Assembly: GCA_049512935.1 (NCBI GenBank)
Contig: JBEKWR010000002.1
Location: forward strand, 116,887 to 180,886
Reading direction: 5' to 3'
DNA: 64,000 nt
Origin: Candidatus Bathyarchaeia archaeon
GTDB taxonomy: Archaea > Thermoproteota > Bathyarchaeia > Bathyarchaeales > Bathycorpusculaceae
Of the stretch, positions 37,605 to 45,909 are shown in pieces. The translations under genes were made by a program, and so were the position numbers. Each line of letters begins with the position of its first letter. The first letter of the stretch is position 1. The notes beneath the pieces are model-generated. The model did no database searches and was not told the origin of the DNA. It was given only the letters and a program-made list of their open reading frames with translations.

Positions 37605-39083
37605 ATGCAAACAAACATTTGTTTTTTTAACACGTTAACCCGCAAAAAGGAAGCTTTTGAGCCGTTGGAAACTGGAAAAGTGAAGATGTACACTTGCGGC
37701 CCCACGGTTTATGATTATGCGCACATCGGGAATTTTCGGGCTTTCCTTTTTGAAGATTTGCTTAAACGTTGGCTTGTCTACCGCGGGTTTGAGGTTACGC
37801 ACGTGATGAACCTGACTGACGTGGATGACAAGACGATTAAGGGCAGTCAGAAGCAGGGTTTGCCTCTTAGGCAGTTCACCGACTTTTACGTCAAGGCGTT
37901 CTTTGAAGACATCAAGGCGCTGAACATTCAGCCAGCCGACGTTTACCCGAGAGCCACCGACCATGTTCCCGAAATGGTTGCGTTAATCAAGACTTTGATG
38001 GCTAAGGGCTACGCTTACCGAGGCGAAGACGGCTCAATCTACTACGCCGTGTGCAAGTTCCCAGAGTATGGGAAACTCTCAAAAATCAAGACTGACGAGC
38101 TTAAGGCGGGCGCGCGGGTTTGCCAAGACGAGTACACCAAAGAGGAGGCTCAGGACTTCGCTTTGTGGAAGGCTTGGACGCCTGAAGACGGCGATGCTTA
38201 CTGGGAAACTGAGCTTGGAAAGGGCAGGCCAGGCTGGCACATAGAGTGCTCGGCGATGTCGATGAAGTACCTGGGCGAAACCTTTGACATTCACTGCGGC
38301 GGCGTAGACAACATGTTCCCGCACCATGAGAACGAGATTGCGCAGAGCGAGGCGGCTACGGGCAAAAAATTTGTCAACTACTGGTTGCACAATGAGCATT
38401 TGCAGGTTGAAGGCAAAAAAATGTCCAAGCGGTTCGGAAACTTCTACACGCTCCGAGACCTCTTAGCGAAAGGGTATGACCCGATTGCAATTCGGTACCT
38501 GCTGATGTCCACGCATTATCGGCAGCAGTTCAACTTCACGTTTGACGGGTTAGAATCTGCGAAAGGAGCCGTGGATAGGCTGCGGAATTTTGTTCGGCGC
38601 CTGCACGAGATTGAAGGCGTCAAAGACAGCAAGGGAACAGTCGCCACGTTAACAGCTAAGCTGGAAGCATGCTTCGGCGGGTCAATGGACATGGACCTTG
38701 ACATTGGGACGGCACTCGCTTCACTTTTCGATTTCGTTCGGGAAATAAACAACTTGCTTGACGCCAACATGGTTAGCAAGCAGGAGGCGGCTGACGTCGG
38801 CGGGTTAATGATGCGGTTAGACGAGGTTTTAGGCGTTATCGGCAAAGTAGAAGTATCCCATCATTATGATAGGCATATTACCGAAAGTTTGACCTTAACT
38901 TACCGCATCGAAGCTGAAGAAGTCTTGCCGCCAGACATTGATGTATTGGTGCAGAAGCGTGAGGAAGCCCGAAAAGCCAAGAATTGGAAAGAAGCTGACG
39001 CAATAAGAGCGCAACTTAAGGCGATGGGTATCGTGCTTGAGGACACGGCGCAAGGCGTAAGGTGGCACAAGGAAAAAGCCTAA
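37605..39083 (+). CDS. cysS: Cysteinyl-tRNA synthetase
   Basis: CGPTVYD.AHIGN, GRPGWHIEC, KMSK. Confidence 0.96.
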   Translation: MQTNICFFNTLTRKKEAFEPLETGKVKMYTCGPTVYDYAHIGNFRAFLFEDLLKRWLVYRGFEVTHVMNLTDVDDKTIKGSQKQGLPLRQFTDFYVKAFFEDIKALNIQPADVYPRATDHVPEMVALIKTLMAKGYAYRGEDGSIYYAVCKFPEYGKLSKIKTDELKAGARVCQDEYTKEEAQDFALWKAWTPEDGDAYWETELGKGRPGWHIECSAMSMKYLGETFDIHCGGVDNMFPHHENEIAQSEAATGKKFVNYWLHNEHLQVEGKKMSKRFGNFYTLRDLLAKGYDPIAIRYLLMSTHYRQQFNFTFDGLESAKGAVDRLRNFVRRLHEIEGVKDSKGTVATLTAKLEACFGGSMDMDLDIGTALASLFDFVREINNLLDANMVSKQEAADVGGLMMRLDEVLGVIGKVEVSHHYDRHITESLTLTYRIEAEEVLPPDIDVLVQKREEARKAKNWKEADAIRAQLKAMGIVLEDTAQGVRWHKEKA

Positions 39084-39865
39084 GCGATTTTGCCCTTGAA
39101 AACCCACTCTTTGGTCGCATACTTCTCTTTGCACAAACGCTCGGCAAGCTCCACTTCGTCAGAAGTCAACTCACCTGGTTCCAGCTTGACGTTCAAAACC
39201 GACCTGAAACCCTCAGCCAAAACGTCCGCAACCCTTTCAGGCGCAACAGAGTGCCCTAACTCGTTTTCTACACTGGTGATTTTGCGTTTGGCGATGTCTG
39301 CGGCTTGGGTACAGCTTGCGTTTTTCAGTTTCAGCAGCGTGAACATTTTGGGCAAATCGACGCTTCGCAGAACCGTGCCATGCTGGAGAACGACGCCGCG
39401 GGTTATGGCTTGGCTGCTTCCCGAGATTTTCTTGCCCTTAACCGTCATGTTGGGGCAGTTTTTGGCGTCGCCCGTGCTAAAGTCGGCTGCTATTCCGAGA
39501 AGCCTTAGCGCTCCTTTTATGGCTTCGTAGATTTTCGCGTAAACAACAGTTATGTCTCCGGTGCCGAACGCTTCGGTTTTGGCGGTTACGCTGTAGGTAA
39601 CTTCGCCCTCATAGTCGTGATAAACGGTGCCGCCGCCGCTCATCCGCCTGACCACATCGACGCCCAGCCGCCTGCAAGCGTCAAGGTAAACTTCGGCTTC
39701 AGGGTTCTGGTTCTTGCCAACGCTCACGGCGGAGGGCTGCCAACGGTAAAAACGCAGGGTGTTCGGCACCTGTTCTTCGATTCGGGCAGTCAGGATTGCC
39801 TCGTCAATCGCCATGTTCATGAATGCGTTGCTAGTTTGCAACGATATTAACCGCCAGATATCCAT
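39080..39865 (-). CDS. Lipoate-protein ligase A family
   Basis: NMAIDEA, RRMSGGGTVYHD, KKISGS. Confidence 0.9.
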   Translation of the reverse strand: MDIWRLISLQTSNAFMNMAIDEAILTARIEEQVPNTLRFYRWQPSAVSVGKNQNPEAEVYLDACRRLGVDVVRRMSGGGTVYHDYEGEVTYSVTAKTEAFGTGDITVVYAKIYEAIKGALRLLGIAADFSTGDAKNCPNMTVKGKKISGSSQAITRGVVLQHGTVLRSVDLPKMFTLLKLKNASCTQAADIAKRKITSVENELGHSVAPERVADVLAEGFRSVLNVKLEPGELTSDEVELAERLCKEKYATKEWVFKGKIA

Positions 39866-39988
39866 GATCTTCGAAGCCTTTCTTGAATGAAATTGCGTTT
39901 TGCCTAAAAACCTTGTGCGAACAGTAAAGATTTTGATGGAGATAAATTCATATTCAAGCTTAGATTAAGGTATGGCGAGGGTTACTGC

Positions 39989-40222
39989 ATGGTTGCTCGT
40001 AAATTCACCGTTTTGCTTGAACCTGCCGAGGAAGGCGGTTTCGTCGTAAAGTGCGTAGAGCTTCCAGTTGCAAGTCAAGGGGAAAACAAGAAAGAAGCCT
40101 TAAGCAACATCAAGGAAGCCATCGAGGGTTATCTTGAGGTTAAAGCTGAGCTTCTTGACCGTAAAACTAAGGGTGAAAAGGCTGAAGTAATTGTCGAAGC
40201 TCCCTCTGCTCTCATGGCGTGA
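39989..40222 (+). CDS. hicB: HicB antitoxin
   Basis: EEGGFVV.C.ELP..SQG...EEA-like. Confidence 0.88.
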   Translation: MVARKFTVLLEPAEEGGFVVKCVELPVASQGENKKEALSNIKEAIEGYLEVKAELLDRKTKGEKAEVIVEAPSALMA

Positions 40223-40409
40223 AGTCGTCAAAGCTCTAAGAAAAGCTGGCTTCCAAATAGAGCGACAAAGAGGCAGCCATTTAATTCTTGTCAAAGATGA
40301 ATTAATAGTACCTGTTCCTAAGCAGAAACAACTGAAGAGAGGGCTGCTTATGGCAATTATAGAAGAGGCTGGTTTAACAAAGGAAGAATTCCAAAAGCTT
40401 CTAAAATAG
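40191..40409 (+). CDS. hicA: HicA toxin
   Basis: GF...RQRGSH...VPVP. Confidence 0.88.
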   Translation: MSKLPLLSWREVVKALRKAGFQIERQRGSHLILVKDELIVPVPKQKQLKRGLLMAIIEEAGLTKEEFQKLLK

Positions 40410-40476
40410 GCTGACAGCACCACAGATAAAGGCTTAAAACCTGAACTTGCATTTTAAAGGGCAAGAGGCAAAGTAA

Positions 40477-41358
40477 TTGAAGGTTATCTGTGGTCCAGCG
40501 TCTAAAGAGCTTGCTGAGCGGGTTTCAGCGTTAACTGGCTTTGGAAACGTTCCCGTATCACCTAAGATTTTTCCAGACGGGGAATCTTACGTCCGATTGG
40601 AAGGCAATGTGCAGGGCGAAAACGTTGCGATTGTGCAAACCACGTGCCCTCCTGCTCAGGATGGGCGGCTTTTCCAGTTGGCGTTCATGGCTGACGCGGC
40701 AAAGCGCGGCGGCGCCAAGAAAGTCACGGCTGTTGTGCCGTATTTGGCTTATGCTCGTCAGGACAAGATGTTCCTTGCAGGCGAAGGCATCAGCGTTGAA
40801 ACCGTGGCGCGAATGCTCAAAGCCGCGGGAATCGACGAGCTCTTAACCGTTAACATTCACTCGGAACCCGCTCTCAAGCAGTTTCCGTTTCCAGCCAAAA
40901 CCCTAAGCGCAATACCGCTGCTCGCCGAGCATTTTGTGCAAAAGGGCTACGGGGGCGCGTTCGCTCTTTCCCCCGACAAGGGCGCCATGTACATTGCCGC
41001 ACAGGCGCAGAAGGTTTTAGGCGGCGAAGCTGGACACCTGGACAAGCACCGTGACCGATACACGGGGCAAACAGTGCAGACGGCTGAGGGCTTAAACGTA
41101 AAGGGTCAAACCGTCATAATCTTCGACGACATCATCAGCACAGGCGGCACCATCGTGGGGGCAGCAAAAATCCTCCGTGAACAAGGAGCCAAACACGTTT
41201 TCTGCGCTTGCGTGCACGGCTTGCTCATCGGCGACGCTGAAAAACGCATTCTTGACGCGGGCGTCGAGGAAATCGTGGGCACCGACAGCGTACCGGGAAG
41301 CGTCAGCAAGGTTTCGTTGGCGCCGCTACTCAGCCAGGAACTTAAGGCGCAAAACTAG
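40477..41358 (+). CDS. prs: Ribose-phosphate pyrophosphokinase
   Basis: FPDGE, YARQD, DDIISTGGT. Confidence 0.95.
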   Translation: MKVICGPASKELAERVSALTGFGNVPVSPKIFPDGESYVRLEGNVQGENVAIVQTTCPPAQDGRLFQLAFMADAAKRGGAKKVTAVVPYLAYARQDKMFLAGEGISVETVARMLKAAGIDELLTVNIHSEPALKQFPFPAKTLSAIPLLAEHFVQKGYGGAFALSPDKGAMYIAAQAQKVLGGEAGHLDKHRDRYTGQTVQTAEGLNVKGQTVIIFDDIISTGGTIVGAAKILREQGAKHVFCACVHGLLIGDAEKRILDAGVEEIVGTDSVPGSVSKVSLAPLLSQELKAQN

Positions 41359-42407
41359 TGGCAAAAATCTTTTTTCTCTTGTCAGGCGAAAGCGAGTCGC
41401 TTCCCGCAGCGGAAGTTAAGGCGATACTGGAAGCCGAAGGCTACGGCTACGAGAACCCCCAAGTTTTGGACCAGACCCTGCGTTTGGAAGCAGAGGTTGG
41501 CTGCGTCAAGGCTGTGCAGGTGCGAGCCGCTTTTACCAGGCTGTGCGCCCTTGAGGTTTTCACTTCAGAAGCGACAGAAACCGCCGCCATCGAAGCCGCG
41601 AGCAACGCCGACCTCCAAGCCGTCCTGAAAGCGGGCGAAAGCTTTTCGGTGCGGATTAACCGCATAAAAAACTACGCTGACCAAGCCATCAACACCATGC
41701 GGCTGGAGGGCAAACTGGGCAAAGCGATACTTACGAGTGCTCCCGAAGCCAAAGTAAACTTGAAGTGCCCAGACAAAACCTTCATCGGCATAGTCACCGA
41801 GGAAAAACTTGTCTTCGGCTTAAAACTCACTGAAATCCAGAGCCGAACCTTCTCCGAGCGCAGACCACGCAAAAAACCCTTCTTCCACCCGTCAGCCATG
41901 CCTTCTAAGCTTGCCCGCTGCATGGTGAATCTGGCGCATGCGAAAGCGGAGAGCCTTCTGCTTGACCCGTTCTGCGGCACAGGAACTTCGCTTATTGAAG
42001 CCACCTACATCGGCTGCCACGCGGTGGGCGTTGATGCCCAGAAACGAATGATTATGGGAACAAGAAAAAACCTGCATTTCTTCAACATCGCTGCCGAAGG
42101 ACTGGTTCTAGCTGACGCCCGCCAACTACCCCTCACAAAGGTTGACTGCGTGGTCACCGACCCGCCGTATGGCCGCTCATCAAGCACTCTCAAGTCGACA
42201 ACTAAGCAACTGGTGAAAGAAGTCTTGGCTTCAACGCATGGCCTGCTGGGGGTGGGGCAACGGATTTGTATTGCTTCTCCTAAAACATTAAACATTAAAG
42301 CGTTAGGCGTCGCCTTGGGCTACAGGCATGTAGAATCCCACTTCGCCTACGTGCACAGAACCTTAACAAGGGAAATCGCAGTGTTCGAAAAGGTGCAAAA
42401 CAAGTGA
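41358..42407 (+). CDS. trm11: tRNA (G10-N2) methyltransferase, THUMP domain
   Basis: LDPFCGTG, TDPPYGRS. Confidence 0.85.
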   Translation: MAKIFFLLSGESESLPAAEVKAILEAEGYGYENPQVLDQTLRLEAEVGCVKAVQVRAAFTRLCALEVFTSEATETAAIEAASNADLQAVLKAGESFSVRINRIKNYADQAINTMRLEGKLGKAILTSAPEAKVNLKCPDKTFIGIVTEEKLVFGLKLTEIQSRTFSERRPRKKPFFHPSAMPSKLARCMVNLAHAKAESLLLDPFCGTGTSLIEATYIGCHAVGVDAQKRMIMGTRKNLHFFNIAAEGLVLADARQLPLTKVDCVVTDPPYGRSSSTLKSTTKQLVKEVLASTHGLLGVGQRICIASPKTLNIKALGVALGYRHVESHFAYVHRTLTREIAVFEKVQNK

Positions 42408-43327
42408 GTCTCCGCGTGGTCTTCCTGGGAACAAGCGGCAGCGTGCCAACATTGAAGCGGAGCTTGCCGTCAGTGGTTATCGACTGCCCACGCCAACTCT
42501 GGATGTTTGACTGTGGAGAAAACACTCAGCGGCAGATGATGCAGTCAAAAGTAAGCTTCCACAAAAAACTAAAAGTCTTCCTGACCCACCTGCACGGCGA
42601 CCACGTACTCGGGTTGCCCGGCGTTTTGCAGACGATGGCGCTGATGGACCGCAAAGAACCCGTACAGGTTTACGGACCAGTGGGAATCAAGGATTTTCTT
42701 GTCTGCACCAAAGAAACACTCAATTTCGGCTTAACCTTCCCAGTGGAAATCAACGAAATCCTAAGCGAAGGCACCCTCGTGGACGAGGAACACTACAGCC
42801 TCGTCGCAGCCAAGTCAAACCACGCCGTTGAAAGCTACGCTTACGCTTTTGTTGAAAAGCCGCGTCCGGGAAGGTTCTACCCGAAAAAAGCCCAAGCGCT
42901 CGGGATTCCAGTCGGCGAAATGTGGTCAAAGCTTCAAAGCGGCAACACAATAAAGCTTCCAGACGGCAAAGTTGTGAAACCAAGCGATGTGATGGGTCCA
43001 CCTCGGTCGGGACGCAAAATCGTCTACACGGGCGACACGGGACCTTTCGACGGGTTTGCCGAGTTTGCGGCTGACGCTGACCTAGTGATTCACGAGAGCA
43101 CCTTTGACGATACCTTGGCGGAGAAAGCCGCGTTGGATGGTCATTCGACTCCTAGCCAAGCTGCGGCGGATGCGAAGGCGGCTGGGGCTAAGCAACTGGT
43201 TTTGACACATATCAGCGCAAGGTACCCTGACGCCACGCTGCTGCTTGAGCAGGCAAAAAAGGTCTTTGCCAACACGTTGGTGGCTGAGGATTTCATGGAG
43301 CTTGAGCTTCCTCTAAAGGAAAGCTAG
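42404..43327 (+). CDS. rnz: Ribonuclease Z
   Basis: THLHGDH, exosite, HEST, HST, THISARY. Confidence 0.95.
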   Translation: MSLRVVFLGTSGSVPTLKRSLPSVVIDCPRQLWMFDCGENTQRQMMQSKVSFHKKLKVFLTHLHGDHVLGLPGVLQTMALMDRKEPVQVYGPVGIKDFLVCTKETLNFGLTFPVEINEILSEGTLVDEEHYSLVAAKSNHAVESYAYAFVEKPRPGRFYPKKAQALGIPVGEMWSKLQSGNTIKLPDGKVVKPSDVMGPPRSGRKIVYTGDTGPFDGFAEFAADADLVIHESTFDDTLAEKAALDGHSTPSQAAADAKAAGAKQLVLTHISARYPDATLLLEQAKKVFANTLVAEDFMELELPLKES

Positions 43328-44106
43328 CCTATGAGTTGCTGCAGTTTCCGAACTGTGTCGGGAACGTTTGTTATGGATTCGATGATTATGGTTTTGTCGT
43401 AACCCATTTTGGTTATGGTTTCCTGGAACCAGTCGTAGTCAATTTTGCCTTTGCCTATGCCAAGGTGCTGGTCGTCTGAGCCGTCGTTGTCGCTGGCGTG
43501 GATATGCACGATTTTGTCGGCTAGCAGGTTGAAGAACGGCTGTATTTGTCCTTCGAGGTTGGCGTGGCCAAGGTCAAAGGCGATTCCTATTGGAAGGTTG
43601 GTTTCTCGGTAGAAACGGGCGAATTCTTCAGGTTTGCTCATGAAAAAGTAGTATTTCGCTGGAAGGTTCTCCAAAGCCGCGTTTAAGCCATACTCTTCCG
43701 ACGTCTTGTAGAGTTCTTGGAGGCTCAGACAGTTTTGTTTCCAGTCTGCCCCCGGGTAAAATTGGCTTATGCCTGTTTTTGAGCCTGGATGGAAAACCCA
43801 GATTTTAGCGTCCATTTCGTTCGCGTAAGCCATGGATTGCCTGAGCCGCTTCATCGAGGCTGCCAAGATGGTTTTGGATGGCGAGGCGATGTTGATGTCG
43901 GCGAAGGGCGCGTGCAGGGAGTACTGCAGGTCGTAGGATTTGGCTGCTTCTTTGAGGGCTTGGACGCGTTTCTTGTCAAGTTCATGGGTGCCGTCGTCAA
44001 CGATTTCGATGTAACGGGTTCCCATTGTGCCTAAGCGTTTAACCATCCGATTGAACGGCTCGCCCAGGCAGTAGAGCATTGAAACCCCAACTTTAGCCTT
44101 AGACAT
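43324..44106 (-). CDS. Sugar phosphate isomerase/epimerase (TIM barrel)
   Basis: HAPF.D.N, LENL, DLGHA, HASDN. Confidence 0.85.
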   Translation of the reverse strand: MSKAKVGVSMLYCLGEPFNRMVKRLGTMGTRYIEIVDDGTHELDKKRVQALKEAAKSYDLQYSLHAPFADINIASPSKTILAASMKRLRQSMAYANEMDAKIWVFHPGSKTGISQFYPGADWKQNCLSLQELYKTSEEYGLNAALENLPAKYYFFMSKPEEFARFYRETNLPIGIAFDLGHANLEGQIQPFFNLLADKIVHIHASDNDGSDDQHLGIGKGKIDYDWFQETITKMGYDKTIIIESITNVPDTVRKLQQLIG

Positions 44107-44195
44107 ACTTTTAACCTCAAGTTTTCAACGGAATAATTGCTCCGTTAAGAGGTAGAACTGCTTAAAAACTTAATCCAAGCAATCGGTCAAAAGAT

Positions 44196-44711
44196 TCAGG
44201 GAAACAGTTTCCTTCCCCACTGCCTTTGGCTGTAAGCGGCTGCCCGGGTGGTTTTGTACTGTACGTCTCTGACGCCGAGCGCTATTTCCGCGAATTCCTT
44301 AATGGTCGTGTGCTGAAAATCCCATGTTGGGGCGCCGTAGCGAAGGCCGCTGCACATTGCGTCGCCGTAAACGTAGAATCGTAACCCGCGGTAGTCGTAG
44401 GCTGCCTGGTTTGGTTCGCCGTATTTCGGTTCGGTGAGCACTTTAAAGGGCCAGATTTTGCAGGCTTCAGGCTTCATGTTCTGGAGTCCGCAGTAGTAGT
44501 TGTTTGCGTCGTTGCAGAGGAAAGCGCAGCTGCCGTCGTCTACCCGCTTGATGAAGAAGCGGTCTAAACCTGAAATGGTGGTTTCAACACCGAAGGTTTT
44601 CGTGAGCCGCAGCCACTCGGGGAAGCTTAAGACCACGCTGTAGAGTTTGCAGCAGTAGCCGCATGCTTTGCAGTGCCAGTCAGCTATGTTTCGCCACGGA
44701 ACAAACTGCAT
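44196..44711 (-). CDS. YkgJ-family CxxCxxCC protein
   Basis: CKACGYCC, CAFL, KPEAC.IWPF. Confidence 0.85.
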   Translation of the reverse strand: MQFVPWRNIADWHCKACGYCCKLYSVVLSFPEWLRLTKTFGVETTISGLDRFFIKRVDDGSCAFLCNDANNYYCGLQNMKPEACKIWPFKVLTEPKYGEPNQAAYDYRGLRFYVYGDAMCSGLRYGAPTWDFQHTTIKEFAEIALGVRDVQYKTTRAAAYSQRQWGRKLFP

Positions 44712-44792
44712 TTGTAAGTTACACTCTAATAAGCTCAGGAAGTGGGTGTCTAAAAATGTTTTTCCCGTGGGCAACGGCGTTTTGCGAAAAAG

Positions 44793-45269
44793 CTATGGCT
44801 TTCGGTAAAGGTAGATCGTGTGTGACGGGTAGCCTAGCTGCGGGTTTTCAACGAAGTTCTCAACCTTCTCAGGGCGCCAACCGATGATCTCGTAGTCATG
44901 CGACACAACCCGTGCGCCCTTCTTGAGGTCGCTGTCGAGTTTCGGCCTGATTTTCTCGTTTGCACTCGTCGTCAAGTACAGGTAAACCACGTCGGCTTCG
45001 GTCAGGTTAACGTTGAACATGTCACCGTTCACGATGGTTACCCTGTCTTCCAAGCCGTTCTCATGGATTATTCCCAAGGCTTTCTTCGCCAAGTCCTCGC
45101 GAAGCTCGACGCCGACGCCTCGGGCGCCGAAGGTTTTTGCGGCCATAATTACGGTTCTTCCGTCGCCTGAGCCCAGGTCGAACAAGACTTCGCCAGCTTT
45201 CAAGTCAGCCAGCTTAAGCATGTACTCTACAACGGTGTTTGGGCTTGGAACAAAAGGCGCGATAAACAT
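44793..45269 (-). CDS. Class I SAM methyltransferase
   Basis: APFVPSP, DLGSGDGR. Confidence 0.9.
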   Translation of the reverse strand: MFIAPFVPSPNTVVEYMLKLADLKAGEVLFDLGSGDGRTVIMAAKTFGARGVGVELREDLAKKALGIIHENGLEDRVTIVNGDMFNVNLTEADVVYLYLTTSANEKIRPKLDSDLKKGARVVSHDYEIIGWRPEKVENFVENPQLGYPSHTIYLYRKP

Positions 45270-45305
45270 GTTTTGGGTTTCACCTGTTCAAGAAATTTTT
45301 TGTTT

Positions 45306-45632
45306 TCATGCCACGTACCCGTCCTTCTTCGGGAGCGGTCTTCTTGCCTCGCCGCATTTTACGCAGCTTTGAGCGCACAGTTCAAGGTATTTTTCTTCGT
45401 CCGCGGAGCCGATTGCGTTTGACGCTTTCAGGCAGAGTTCGCTTGGTTCACTGCAGCCTTCTTCTTTGCATAGTTTTGAAATGAACTGGCAAACTTCTCT
45501 TACATCGCTGGGCTCCAGAACGGCTCTGTTGGTGCGCACGAGCAGGCAGAGTTCCCGCGCCATGACGCATGTTTTCACGTATTTGATGCGTTCAAGAACT
45601 TCGTTGCGTAAATTCTTACGGCTTATTTCCAC
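45306..45632 (-). CDS. Cys-rich helical hypothetical protein
   Basis: Nine Cys including CAQSCVKC; probable GTG start. Confidence 0.6.
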   Translation of the reverse strand: MEISRKNLRNEVLERIKYVKTCVMARELCLLVRTNRAVLEPSDVREVCQFISKLCKEEGCSEPSELCLKASNAIGSADEEKYLELCAQSCVKCGEARRPLPKKDGYVA

Positions 45633-45909
45633 GCTTTTATTCCCCTTTGTGTCAGTATGGGCAATGTAACCAAAATGAAGAGTCTTTACACTTAAATAGT
45701 TGCTGTTACTCAACGTTAAGAACCAAGATTTTTTCTGAAACACAAAACATTCTTCTTGCAGCCTACTGCGTCATCGAAAACAACATGATTCTTCAAAGCC
45801 ATTGTTGTTGATGTTGTTGTTGATGATACAAAGCTTTTCCACCAGAAAACCAAGAGGTCCAAGGGAGCGCAGCAGCTACTTCTCACCAATGATTTCACAG
45901 GTGCATCTT

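Noticed and set aside
45802-45827. (TTG/ATG)n microsatellite
   Set aside because: Short low-complexity tract with no functional evidence.
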